From a virus, in the UHGV virus genome UHGV-0072281: a DNA stretch of 64,000 bases. One strand, given 5' to 3'. Below are positions 39,591-48,882 of this stretch, one piece after another. The notes under the pieces are model-generated. The model searched no databases, had not been told where the DNA came from, and was given only the letters and a program-made list of their open reading frames with translations. Positions within the stretch are counted from its first letter, which is position 1. Each line of letters begins with the position of its first letter. Made by a program: the position numbers and the translations under genes.

Positions 39591-40069
39591 TTCAATTTTG
39601 TGTTGACGCAGAAAGATTGGCGTCATTTAAAGAGCGTGCTCAGTTTGCAGTTAAAAACGGTTACATTGAGAAAGGTGTTCGTGATACTTGTAAACTAATC
39701 AACGACCATCCGCACCTGGCGACAATGTGGAGCTGTGAAGGCCACGGTATGTATTCTAAGTCGCCTGGAATTCTGCACATTGTTTTTGCAACAGATGCTA
39801 TTGGAAGCCAGCTTCCAATGCAGATTACGTCTGAACTTGCAAAATGCGATCTGCCCAATTTCTGGAATCTTAGTTTGCGTCGCCTTTTTTTACCTGACGA
39901 ATTTTCGGATTTGGTATATCTTGAACCCGATTACGGGTTAAACACAGACGACACTTCCTACTGGGCTTGGAGAGTCGGATACATGCGCTTGATTAATCGT
40001 CCTGCGTTAGTTGAAGCACGACAAGCTCTTTATAAAGCATTTCACACAGTATTAGTTGAGAATAAATAA
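39587..40069 (+). CDS. hypothetical protein (160 aa)
   Basis: ATGA overlap with upstream gene. Confidence 0.5.
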   Translation: MIQFCVDAERLASFKERAQFAVKNGYIEKGVRDTCKLINDHPHLATMWSCEGHGMYSKSPGILHIVFATDAIGSQLPMQITSELAKCDLPNFWNLSLRRLFLPDEFSDLVYLEPDYGLNTDDTSYWAWRVGYMRLINRPALVEARQALYKAFHTVLVENK

Positions 40070-40761
40070 TGGCTACCAAGCAAAAGAAACCTCGTAACAA
40101 AAAGTATAACCCGAAAGCAGCTGCTAACCGTACAGCACACGCCATTGCTGAAAATGCGCTAAACCGCATTACTTTCGTCGGTAGCTCTATTCGCCCCATC
40201 GGCCCGTATGCAGGACGCGGTTTCCAGTTTACAACGTCGCCGCGTATGCGCATGGCAGCCACCGATATGTTAATCGGTGGTTTGTTTGATGAACCGCGTA
40301 ATTGGAAGCTATGGGTTGCGCATTTGTACGAGATGGATAATGGCGTACAAGCAGAAACCATCGTTGCAACACTTGACGATTATACGTTGGGTGATTTCTG
40401 TCAACATGGTGATAAAATCATTAAGTCGCTACGTGAGACAGAAGAAAATTACTTCGGTTATGCTTTTGTTGCTGCACCTAACGAACGTTATGATTTCGAC
40501 CAGGGAGAAGAGCGCTTACTGGAAAACTTCATGCATTCTGGACTGTTAGACAAATCCTTACACTTACCTGAAGAAGAACTGGTGGTTACGCGTAAGGATA
40601 TGGTAACGTTGCTACTAGCCGATCGTGGTCGTTTTGATATTACTGAACCCCATGTACGTAAAGTACAGAAACTCGTGGATAAAGTAGACGAAACTGACCT
40701 GGACACTAACGAAGTCGCAACACGACTTCAGTCTGTGGTAAACCAGATTGAGGATTACTAA
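40069..40761 (+). CDS. hypothetical protein with basic N-terminus (230 aa)
   Basis: N-terminal KQKKPRNKKYNPK; coupled start. Confidence 0.5.
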   Translation: MATKQKKPRNKKYNPKAAANRTAHAIAENALNRITFVGSSIRPIGPYAGRGFQFTTSPRMRMAATDMLIGGLFDEPRNWKLWVAHLYEMDNGVQAETIVATLDDYTLGDFCQHGDKIIKSLRETEENYFGYAFVAAPNERYDFDQGEERLLENFMHSGLLDKSLHLPEEELVVTRKDMVTLLLADRGRFDITEPHVRKVQKLVDKVDETDLDTNEVATRLQSVVNQIEDY

Positions 40762-40763
40762 AC

Positions 40764-41294
40764 GTGATAGCGAGACTTATGAGTTGGTTTAAGCAATGTC
40801 GGGCAAAGGCGGTCGAATGGCCGCCTATTACGCACGATGAAAAGGTGGTTGCTTTTCTGAATTATAACAAAGACTTGAAGAGATTAGGCGAGTTAATGCG
40901 CTTAACGGAATGTCAGGTTTTTGCTAAGATTTCAAGTAGTGCTTTACGTAAACAGGTAATTCCCTACCTATCCTTTTCAGGGCAGGTTTATGCAATAACA
41001 GCAGAAGAATTTTTATCGATGGTGGGCAATGAAACCCCACGTATACGGTACTCGGTTGCGGGTTCATCTGATGCGGTCGGTACAGTTGATTTCGGACGGT
41101 TGTATCAGAGCATTAAAAGTGTGGGGCATATACATGTTAAGCGATTATCAGAAACTTCTGTAGTGATTTATCATCGCACTGAGCACGATTTGTTAGGGTG
41201 TGTTATAAGGCTAACAAATTTACATAGTTTTTACGTTGATTTACTTACAGAGTTTTATCCAGAATCATGGTGCTATATAGATGAAAATAAATGA
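40764..41294 (+). CDS. hypothetical protein (176 aa)
   Basis: Track start is a GTG; ATG 40779 is an alternative. Confidence 0.45.
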   Translation: MIARLMSWFKQCRAKAVEWPPITHDEKVVAFLNYNKDLKRLGELMRLTECQVFAKISSSALRKQVIPYLSFSGQVYAITAEEFLSMVGNETPRIRYSVAGSSDAVGTVDFGRLYQSIKSVGHIHVKRLSETSVVIYHRTEHDLLGCVIRLTNLHSFYVDLLTEFYPESWCYIDENK

Positions 41295-41493
41295 CGGATA
41301 TATCATCTCAGCAATTGTTTCAACTGCGTTGATTGTAGCGATGTTGATGTTCTACGTTAAGACGTTCGACGAATCACGTAGAGAGTCCCTTTATCGTGAA
41401 TGTATGTCAGGTACTACTGTAGATAACCCACGTTACGCTGAATTAGTAATGGCGTGTACGGAATACGCTAAACGAATGGGAGGCGGACGATGA
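41281..41493 (+). CDS. small membrane-anchored protein (70 aa)
   Basis: N-terminal hydrophobic helix IISAIVSTALIVAMLMF; paralogous to the next gene. Confidence 0.5.
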   Translation: MKINDGYIISAIVSTALIVAMLMFYVKTFDESRRESLYRECMSGTTVDNPRYAELVMACTEYAKRMGGGR

Positions 41494-41687
41494 AAATTTG
41501 GTTGCCGATTGTAGTTTTTATCCTTATCGCAGGGGCACTAGCGAACGCCGAGTACGAGAGTCGTGTTTTAGAAACGAAACGCATGTTGTATCTGAATTGT
41601 ATAAAGGATTATACACCAGGCACAGAGCTTCATGCACAGGCTGTAAAAAGCTGTGCATTGATGGCTGAATCACAGACTCGCTCCTAA
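41490..41687 (+). CDS. small signal-peptide or membrane-anchored protein (65 aa)
   Basis: MKIWLPIVVFILIAGALANA; shares ESR...Y..C...A.C pattern with the previous gene. Confidence 0.5.
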   Translation: MKIWLPIVVFILIAGALANAEYESRVLETKRMLYLNCIKDYTPGTELHAQAVKSCALMAESQTRS

Positions 41688-42061
41688 TGCGTATCTGGAC
41701 GCTACAACTTGCTAAGTGGCGGTTAGCTAAGCAGAAAGGATTTCACGCAGTGGATATTACTGTGAAGTCAGGGCGAAAGGAACTCGCCCCCGACTGGGAT
41801 TTCCTAATGGCGTATAAAGTTTCTGCCCAGGACGCTACCGCTGAACGTGAGTACACGATAAAGTATTTGTACAAACTCGAACAACTGTTAGATACTGATG
41901 CCGAAGTTTTAGTGTCGTTACTCAGGCACGATGACTTGGTTTTGATGTGTTATTGTCCCGCAGGTAAGTTTTGTCATCGTTACTTACTGGCGAACAAACT
42001 TCAAGAAGTAGGAATGATATTCGGTATCGACGTTGAGTTATGTGGAGAATTAACCGAATGA
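41687..42061 (+). CDS. hypothetical protein, possibly DUF488-like
   Basis: MCYCPAGKFCHRYLLANKL resembles the DUF488 C-x-C...CHR signature as I recall it. Confidence 0.35.
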   Translation: MRIWTLQLAKWRLAKQKGFHAVDITVKSGRKELAPDWDFLMAYKVSAQDATAEREYTIKYLYKLEQLLDTDAEVLVSLLRHDDLVLMCYCPAGKFCHRYLLANKLQEVGMIFGIDVELCGELTE

Positions 42062-42495
42062 AAGTAAAAGCAGCAGTAGAAGTTATTCCCAAAAAAGAAA
42101 TCGTAGTGTGTTCCGGTTTAGTATTCGAGCTGCCGCGCACTGAATGTTATAATAGCACCAATCCTGAAACGATAATTAGACGCCTTTCAAGACATTGCCT
42201 AAACTACTGTCAAGTTGTTACACCGACAAAGGATGGCGATATAGTCCAAGAACATTTGATTATTAATGAACTCGTGGGCGGTGTCCTTAACGGAATGGAG
42301 CTTGAAGAAGTGAATGGTTCGTTAAAGCTTTATGCCAACTTTCGTCCATGTGGACCACTGGGCAATAAAGTAAATGAATTTATTCAGTCACACGGGTATG
42401 TAAAGCTTAAACCACGTTTACACTATATCGATTCTAAAGTAGCTATGATTTCAGCTATCGATATTGACCTATCAAAACCTTCTGAAAATCACTAA
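42058..42495 (+). CDS. hypothetical protein (~145 aa)
   Basis: ATGA overlap with upstream stop. Confidence 0.5.
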   Translation: MKVKAAVEVIPKKEIVVCSGLVFELPRTECYNSTNPETIIRRLSRHCLNYCQVVTPTKDGDIVQEHLIINELVGGVLNGMELEEVNGSLKLYANFRPCGPLGNKVNEFIQSHGYVKLKPRLHYIDSKVAMISAIDIDLSKPSENH

Positions 42496-42526
42496 CCGTC
42501 CTTGATTTTCAGCTACAGATTAGTTT

Positions 42527-42572
42527 CCTACCGCCCGATTCTATGGGCGGTAGGTGTTTTATTTTTTTTTTT
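42527..42572 (+). terminator. rho-independent terminator
   Basis: cctaccgccc/gggcggtagg 10-bp stem followed by a T-rich tract. Confidence 0.75.
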
Positions 42573-42588
42573 GATCTTGGAGGGTTAA

Positions 42589-43152
42589 GTGGCCACATCT
42601 TACGTACCTGATTTGAGTCTGACCTCAGCAGAGCTAGTGGTCGCTTTAATCAATCATGATAACGGGTTACAGCTTACGCTAAACGAAATCCGTATTAGCG
42701 GAACCGTAACAAACCCATCACCAACAACTTCGCGTCGTAACACCATCACCGAAATCAGTAAAATCAGAAAACCGGATGGTGCGTCTGTTGTGGTCTACTA
42801 CGACAGACTTGACGCCGATGAGGTATTAACGTCTGAACCTATTTTGATTTCGTTAGACGGTACCGAAGCGAATATCCGTGACGTTCTGAGTGTTGTAAAT
42901 GAACACTGCGGTACGAACTTACAGCCTGAAGACTTACGCGTTTCTGATATTACTTCAGGTAACGATCCTATTGCCGTTAACGTTGCCGACGATTCACCTG
43001 CGTGGATGAATGCGTTTATGGTGACGTTATTTGATAAAACTGAGCGTGCGTTAGCGAACGAAGAAGATGAAATCTTCTGCATCGGTGACGATAGCGTTCT
43101 TACCTTTGAGGTTCCAGATGACGACTCAGCTGAAGAAAACCCGACTACATGA
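42589..43152 (+). CDS. fibre-associated protein, paralogue 1 of a four-member family
   Basis: GTG start with GGAGGG upstream; shares PDLSLTS, VNHD, NLQ-x-DL and C-x-GDDSVLTF with the 48883 gene; precedes fibre 1. Confidence 0.55.
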   Translation: MATSYVPDLSLTSAELVVALINHDNGLQLTLNEIRISGTVTNPSPTTSRRNTITEISKIRKPDGASVVVYYDRLDADEVLTSEPILISLDGTEANIRDVLSVVNEHCGTNLQPEDLRVSDITSGNDPIAVNVADDSPAWMNAFMVTLFDKTERALANEEDEIFCIGDDSVLTFEVPDDDSAEENPTT

Positions 43153-43357
43153 ACTTGATGATTTTTACCGGTAATGGAGGACAAAGCAAACTTTTATCAA
43201 GACTTAGCAAACCAAAATCATGAAAACGCGAAATTGAACATCGCTTTCACGTTAGAAGATGATGTATTAAAACCAGGGCAATAGTAACCCGCTTATAAAA
43301 AATTGGGGGGTAAACTACTCTCCTGATCTTTTAGCTCCCGATAGAGAATTAAATATC

Positions 43358-46300
43358 ATGGCTAAAGCGGTAAAGAAAATTCGTTTACACGATTTACGTC
43401 CATACACCGGTGATATCGGTGAAGGCGTTTTACTTTTCTCCAAGGATGAGAAAGATTATAAGTTACCAGTCCGTGAGGTTATTGCAGATATTGACACCGT
43501 ACGTAATGCGGTGGCTGATGCACAAACAGCAGCAGCACAATCACAAGAAGCTGCAACTCAGGCTACGCAAGCAAAAGTTTTAGCAGAAGCAGCAAAACAA
43601 CAAACTGACACAGTTGCGGCAACGGTTGCACAACAAGCGCAAACCGTAACCGAAAAAGCAACAGAAGTCAGTACAAAACATACCGAAGTGTTAGCCGCGA
43701 AAACGGCGGTAGACGCTCAGGCTGTGTCCATTAATGAGAAAGCACAAGCGGTAGCGACAAGTGAGGCAAACGTCACACAAGCAGAAACTACCGTTACGAA
43801 GAAAGCAGAAACTGTTGCCACACAAGCCGGGCGGGTCGAACAGTCACTTACGGCAGTTAACGAAGCTGTTGCGTCGGTAGAGTCGTCGAAAGCTGCCGTA
43901 GAAGCTAAAGCAACACAAGTTACTTCAGACAAAGAAACCGCAGAGAATGCGGCAACTCGTTCTGAGGCAGCCGCTAAGCGTGCGGAAGAAATCGTTGCTC
44001 AAGGTACTGTTGATGCAACAACGACCAGTAAAGGTGTCGTTAAACTTAATAATACCTTAACCAGTGACTCTGTTACTGAAGCGGCTACACCGTCAACGGT
44101 TAAGCAGTTAAATGATGAATTGCAGTTAAAAGCAAACCGTCACAACCCAACTTTTACCGGTGTGGTAAAAGCACCGACTCCTGCTTCGGATTCTAACGAC
44201 ACGAGCGTCTCAACGACTGCATGGGTACGGCAAGCGATTGCTGAATTAGTGGACTCTTCACCCGAGACGTTAGATACGTTATCAGAAATTGCAGCCGCGT
44301 TAGGAAACGATCCTAACTTTGCGACAACGATAACGAACCAACTAGCGGGTAAACAGCCGTTAAGTCCGTTACTGACAGCGATTGCCGCAGTCACCACCGC
44401 TGCAAACAAACTCCCTTACTTTACCGGTAGTAATCAGGTAGGGTTAGCGGATTTCACCTCGACTGCTCGCGAATTATTAGCGAAAGGGTCGACGGCCGAT
44501 ATCATCAGCTTCCTGGGGTTGAAAACCACCGTTGATAAAGCTGCGGGCGCTATGCAACGTAGTTCTAACGGTGCCGATATTCCCGATAAAGCCACCTTCG
44601 CGAAGAACATCGGGTTGTCAGCAGAGACGTACCTGAAGTTTAATGGGGAGATGCCAGTAGATGCAGACATCAACACCTTCGGCCCGGTTGAAGCGTTTAT
44701 GGGCGTTTGGTCTAAAGCCACGTCTACGAACGCAACAGTTGCAAAGAATTTTCCAGAAGAAAACGCAGTTGGTTGTTTAGAAGTTTTCAAAGCGGGTAAC
44801 TACAGCGGAAGTCAACGTTTTACTGTACGTAACGGTAACATCTATACACGTCATCTTACTGCTGCATGGAATGGGACAAACGGTCCTTGGTCAGAATGGC
44901 GTAATGTTGCTGGTTCCGCCAGAACGTTGAACGAACAAAATAATCTGAATGACTTGGGTGGTGAGGCCGCACTAGGTGTTTGGAGAAACAGTTCGAGTAC
45001 ATTAGCAACAACCGCGCTGAATTATCCTGAAGAAGGCTCTTTTGCCCAGGGCGTATTAGAAGTTCTCAAAGGTGGCAACTATAGTTACACACAACGCTAC
45101 ACTACCCGCAGAGGCAATGTATACGTTCGTTGTCTACAAGCCACGTGGGACGCTTCAAACCCGCAATGGGAAGAATGGCGCTGTGTTGGTCATCAATCTG
45201 TCAGCACATATTTCGAAGGCGATCTCGACACGTTAACTTCGCCTAACCGTTATAGCATTACTGATAAAGCGACAAACGTTCCTTTAATCGACGGTACTAA
45301 AATTATCGGTATCTTGGACGTCAGTCGTCGTTTTGATAACATTAGTGTCGAACAAAAATTCACCTCGTTTGGTTCTGGGAGCAAAACTACAGGGCGTATT
45401 TTCACACGTGTATTCTCCGGTCAATCAAACGGTAAATGGAGTGAGTGGCGAGAGGTTTTCACCTCGTATTCACTTCCGTTAGTTTTAGGTATCGGTGGGG
45501 TTGCAGCTAAGGTTGACCCGTTAGACTGGCAAACCTACGACTTCGTTCCTGGACAGATGTTAACGACGCCGTTGAACACCATGAAAAACATTCCTGCAGG
45601 AATGGATTGGGGTACTATTGACGGTAACTTAGTTAACATCCTTGTAGGGCCGTCTGACGACACCGGTACTGGTCGGAGTATGCTGGTTTGGCGTAGCACA
45701 GTGTCTGTTGCTAACTATCGCTTCTTTGCGGTACGTATCGCTGGTGAGAAGGGTAGTCGTACGATTACGCCGCGTCAGATGCCTGTGTTGAACGCAGCGC
45801 ACACCTGGTCAGAGAAACAAACGTTCTCTAAAGGTTTAGCGGGTGAATTAACCGGTAATGCTTCTTCAGCAACGAAACTTCAAACAGCCCGTTTAATCGG
45901 CGGCGTAAGTTTCGACGGCACCAAGGACATTGCACTCCCTGGCGTTAACGCACAAGGTACGCAGAACACCACTGGGAATGCGGCTACCGCAACCAAATTA
46001 CAAACGGCTAGAAATATCAACGGTGTGAAATTCGATGGCTCTGGAGACATCAATATCAACACCTTAGTAGGTCGTGGACGTGTCACTGCTCTGGCTGGAT
46101 CAAACAAAGGTACACCTGGTATCCAGATGTACGAGGTTTACAATAACGGTTATCCGACCGCGTATGGTAATTTACTGCATTTAGGTGGTGCTACTGCCGT
46201 AGGTGAAGGTGAACTACTGATCGGTTGGTCTGGTACCAGTGGCGCACACGCACCTGTTTATATCCGTAGTCGTCGAGACACTACAGATGCGCCGTGGTCA

Positions 46301-47674
46301 GAATGGGCGCAAGTTTATACTGCACGAGACAGCATTCCGGGTGTCAACACCACAGGTAATCAGGATACGACCGGAAACGCAGCTACCGCTACAAAACTTA
46401 AAACCACACGTAAAATAGGCGGGGTTAATTTTGACGGAACGGGTGATATTAACCTACCAGGTGTAAACCAGCAGGGCAACCAGAACACAACAGGTAACGC
46501 TGCGACAGCGACTAAACTCCAGACTGCCCGAAATATTGGTGGTGTGGCTTTCGATGGTACTAAAGACATCAGTTTACCTGGGGTAAACCAAACAGGGAAT
46601 CAGTCAACTACGGGGAACGCTGCTACTGCAACGAAGTTGCAGACAGCAAGAAGTATCAACAACGTACCATTCGATGGTTCGAAAGATATTACTCTAACGC
46701 CAAGTAATATCGGTGCGGCTGCCTCCTCAATGACTTGGTTAAATACCGGGGATAATGGTGCAGCGCTTAGTACAGATTCTTTTATTACTTTGTTGCAAAA
46801 TAACGGGGCTTTTAATTCCAGAACTTGGATAGCCCGATGCTCTTGGGCGTATGCTCAAAATGGCGTGATTCCAGATAGTGAAACAAAGTGCGGTACTATT
46901 CCACTTGCAGGCTCAGTTATTGAAGTTGTAAGTTTTGGGATGACCAACTACACCATTCGTATCACAACCCCTACGACGACATCGGTTAGCGGAGCAAAAA
47001 CCAACTCTGAGTTTATTTATTGCTATAATGGTAAAGATTATTCTCCAGGTTGGCGACGGCAGTATAACACTGTTAATAAACCGTCTGCTAGTGACGTTGG
47101 CGCTCTACCAACTGGTGGCGGTACTGTCAGTGGCGATTTGACGGTTAATGGTAAACTGGTTACGAAAAATGCCGATTTTCGAATTGCTTACGGTAGTTAC
47201 GGTTTCATTTTACGTAACGATGGCAATAGCACCTATTTCTTAGTAACAGCATCTGGTCAAGCTGCAACGGGTTCCTGGAATAACTTACGACCGATGTATT
47301 TTAGCAACTCTACCGGTCAAGTAACCTTCGGGCACAACGTTACTGGTAACGGGAACGGTTCGTTTAACGACGTACAGATTCGTTCTGACCGTCGTAACAA
47401 ACGTAATCTGGTGAAACTGGATAATGCATTAGACCGTTTAGAACTCCTTACCGGGTATCTGTACGAAGTTCAACATCCTGACGATGGATGGAATACTTCG
47501 GTAGGCTTAATTGCCCAGGATGCATTAGTTGCGTTACCTGAATTGGTTACTGAAGACGATGACGCTATTTCTGGTGAAAAACGTTTACGTTTGAACTATA
47601 ATGGTGTTATTGCGTTGTTGGTAGAGGGCATTAAAGACCTTCGTCGTGAGCTTAAGGAACTCAAGGGGAAATAA
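43358..47674 (+). CDS. long tail fibre protein (gp37-like distal fibre) with C-terminal intramolecular chaperone (peptidase S74-type) domain
   Basis: 1438 aa; Ala/Gln-rich coiled-coil N-terminal region; five copies of TGNAATATKLQTAR-I-GV-FDG-KDI; three ~70-aa tandem domains; C-terminal SDRRNKRNLVKLD...YNGVIALLVEGIKDL matches the self-cleaving chaperone signature. Confidence 0.85.
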   Translation: MAKAVKKIRLHDLRPYTGDIGEGVLLFSKDEKDYKLPVREVIADIDTVRNAVADAQTAAAQSQEAATQATQAKVLAEAAKQQTDTVAATVAQQAQTVTEKATEVSTKHTEVLAAKTAVDAQAVSINEKAQAVATSEANVTQAETTVTKKAETVATQAGRVEQSLTAVNEAVASVESSKAAVEAKATQVTSDKETAENAATRSEAAAKRAEEIVAQGTVDATTTSKGVVKLNNTLTSDSVTEAATPSTVKQLNDELQLKANRHNPTFTGVVKAPTPASDSNDTSVSTTAWVRQAIAELVDSSPETLDTLSEIAAALGNDPNFATTITNQLAGKQPLSPLLTAIAAVTTAANKLPYFTGSNQVGLADFTSTARELLAKGSTADIISFLGLKTTVDKAAGAMQRSSNGADIPDKATFAKNIGLSAETYLKFNGEMPVDADINTFGPVEAFMGVWSKATSTNATVAKNFPEENAVGCLEVFKAGNYSGSQRFTVRNGNIYTRHLTAAWNGTNGPWSEWRNVAGSARTLNEQNNLNDLGGEAALGVWRNSSSTLATTALNYPEEGSFAQGVLEVLKGGNYSYTQRYTTRRGNVYVRCLQATWDASNPQWEEWRCVGHQSVSTYFEGDLDTLTSPNRYSITDKATNVPLIDGTKIIGILDVSRRFDNISVEQKFTSFGSGSKTTGRIFTRVFSGQSNGKWSEWREVFTSYSLPLVLGIGGVAAKVDPLDWQTYDFVPGQMLTTPLNTMKNIPAGMDWGTIDGNLVNILVGPSDDTGTGRSMLVWRSTVSVANYRFFAVRIAGEKGSRTITPRQMPVLNAAHTWSEKQTFSKGLAGELTGNASSATKLQTARLIGGVSFDGTKDIALPGVNAQGTQNTTGNAATATKLQTARNINGVKFDGSGDININTLVGRGRVTALAGSNKGTPGIQMYEVYNNGYPTAYGNLLHLGGATAVGEGELLIGWSGTSGAHAPVYIRSRRDTTDAPWSEWAQVYTARDSIPGVNTTGNQDTTGNAATATKLKTTRKIGGVNFDGTGDINLPGVNQQGNQNTTGNAATATKLQTARNIGGVAFDGTKDISLPGVNQTGNQSTTGNAATATKLQTARSINNVPFDGSKDITLTPSNIGAAASSMTWLNTGDNGAALSTDSFITLLQNNGAFNSRTWIARCSWAYAQNGVIPDSETKCGTIPLAGSVIEVVSFGMTNYTIRITTPTTTSVSGAKTNSEFIYCYNGKDYSPGWRRQYNTVNKPSASDVGALPTGGGTVSGDLTVNGKLVTKNADFRIAYGSYGFILRNDGNSTYFLVTASGQAATGSWNNLRPMYFSNSTGQVTFGHNVTGNGNGSFNDVQIRSDRRNKRNLVKLDNALDRLELLTGYLYEVQHPDDGWNTSVGLIAQDALVALPELVTEDDDAISGEKRLRLNYNGVIALLVEGIKDLRRELKELKGK

Positions 47675-47677
47675 AGG

Positions 47678-48220
47678 ATGGCAGTTGTTGAAGTTCCAGG
47701 TTATATCGGTTCTTCTGCAAAGGAAGTTACTGGCGAAGAGATGATGTCTGAAGCGATGACCGAACTCGGCGTTGTCGTACCAGGGATGATGTCTGAAATG
47801 GCAGGTCTGTCAATGGGTTGCTATGTAACGTTTGAGGAGTGGACTACCGTTGAAGATGGCCTTGATGTTCGATGGATCGGTGCGTCTACTTCCGAGTGGA
47901 CAGACGGCTACGGCAAACCGGTCGTTAAAGGAAAAATATCCGGGGCGAAGATGTTTGGTTTGAATGTCGAAGCGGAGCTGATCGGAATGCACTATAAAAA
48001 GCATCCGCGATTCCCTTGGTCAGTCGAACTAAAATGTCGCTGCGAAAAAGGTAGCAATTTCAGTTATACGTTAGACGGTGTAAGCGGTTCTGTATCGAGT
48101 GATGGTACCGGTACAACCGGAATGCAAATTCGTACATTCAAATTTAACAATTTCAGTGCAGCATTTAAGGAAAAGATAGAGCAAGTTGGTGTCAAGATGC
48201 CAACATCACGTAAATATTAA
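47678..48220 (+). CDS. gp38-like tail fibre adhesin, copy 1
   Basis: N-terminus MAVVEVPGYIGSSAKEVTGEEMMSEA...MMSEMAGLSMGC closely matches the conserved N-terminal attachment domain of T2-type gp38 adhesins (recalled from memory); directly follows the fibre gene. Confidence 0.55.
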   Translation: MAVVEVPGYIGSSAKEVTGEEMMSEAMTELGVVVPGMMSEMAGLSMGCYVTFEEWTTVEDGLDVRWIGASTSEWTDGYGKPVVKGKISGAKMFGLNVEAELIGMHYKKHPRFPWSVELKCRCEKGSNFSYTLDGVSGSVSSDGTGTTGMQIRTFKFNNFSAAFKEKIEQVGVKMPTSRKY

Positions 48221-48227
48221 AAGAGTA

Positions 48228-48253
48228 GCGTAGGGGTGACCTCCCCCCTACGC
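48228..48253 (+). other. hairpin followed by a G10 tract in place of a T run
   Basis: gcgtagggg/cccctacgc stem; its C6 run could alternatively pair with the downstream G10. Confidence 0.5.
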
Positions 48254-48264
48254 GAATCTTAACA

Positions 48265-48274
48265 GGGGGGGGGG
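48265..48274 (+). repeat. homopolymeric G10 tract, 3 nt upstream of the adhesin-2 start codon
   Basis: Ten consecutive G at -12 to -3 relative to ATG 48277. Confidence 0.9.
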
Positions 48275-48276
48275 TA

Positions 48277-48780
48277 ATGGCGGTTAACTCGGGTTGGGTC
48301 GGTTCTTCGGCTAAGAGCGAAACGGGCGAACAGTGGATGAGCGCTGCGGGTGCCAAATTGGGATTGGGTAAACCTTTTATGATGAGTCAAATGGTGGGAC
48401 GATCTATGGGCTGTAAAATTTCAACTGCTGCATATAGTGATTCTTTAGGTAAGAAATGGGGTGCTGTGGGATCAAGTTGGCCATTAACTCAGAAAAATCA
48501 GGGAACCATTCAAAACGCGGGTAACTGCGGGGTGGGAACTTTAGTAGGTATAGAGTTACAATTAACGACGGTAGTTGCCAACGCAACGCCTACTCTAGCG
48601 GTCTATTTACAAGGCGGCAGGGCCTCTAACATCACTGCAAATCTAGGCGGTAACACTTGTGCGCTGACCTATCAGCAGGTTATTAATGGCCAACATTATT
48701 ACTGGACCAATAACATTAGTGCCGCGTTCCAAAACGTGATGAAATCGACCGGTACACTAAGAGATTTCAAAATTAGTTAA
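48277..48780 (+). CDS. gp38-like tail fibre adhesin, copy 2 (divergent C-terminal domain)
   Basis: N-terminus MAVNSGWVGSSAKSETGEQWMSAA...MMSQMVGRSMGC paralogous to copy 1; Gly/Asn/Thr-rich C-terminal region; flanked by G10 tracts. Confidence 0.55.
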   Translation: MAVNSGWVGSSAKSETGEQWMSAAGAKLGLGKPFMMSQMVGRSMGCKISTAAYSDSLGKKWGAVGSSWPLTQKNQGTIQNAGNCGVGTLVGIELQLTTVVANATPTLAVYLQGGRASNITANLGGNTCALTYQQVINGQHYYWTNNISAAFQNVMKSTGTLRDFKIS

Positions 48781-48817
48781 TTATTTTTCAAACGAATGTG
48801 TTTGAAAACGTAATCGA

Positions 48818-48827
48818 GGGGGGGGGG
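48818..48827 (+). repeat. second homopolymeric G10 tract
   Basis: Ten consecutive G, 55 nt upstream of the GTG start at 48883. Confidence 0.9.
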
Positions 48828-48882
48828 TGAAGTGTTTTTAGCCAACATTTTATGTCTCCCCAACCGTAGGAGGTAAATATAC

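Noticed and set aside
45855-46700. Regularly spaced ~40-codon repeats that could be mistaken for a CRISPR-like array
   Set aside because: They are in frame within the fibre gene and conserved at the amino-acid level (GNAATATKLQTAR); no spacer architecture or cas genes.
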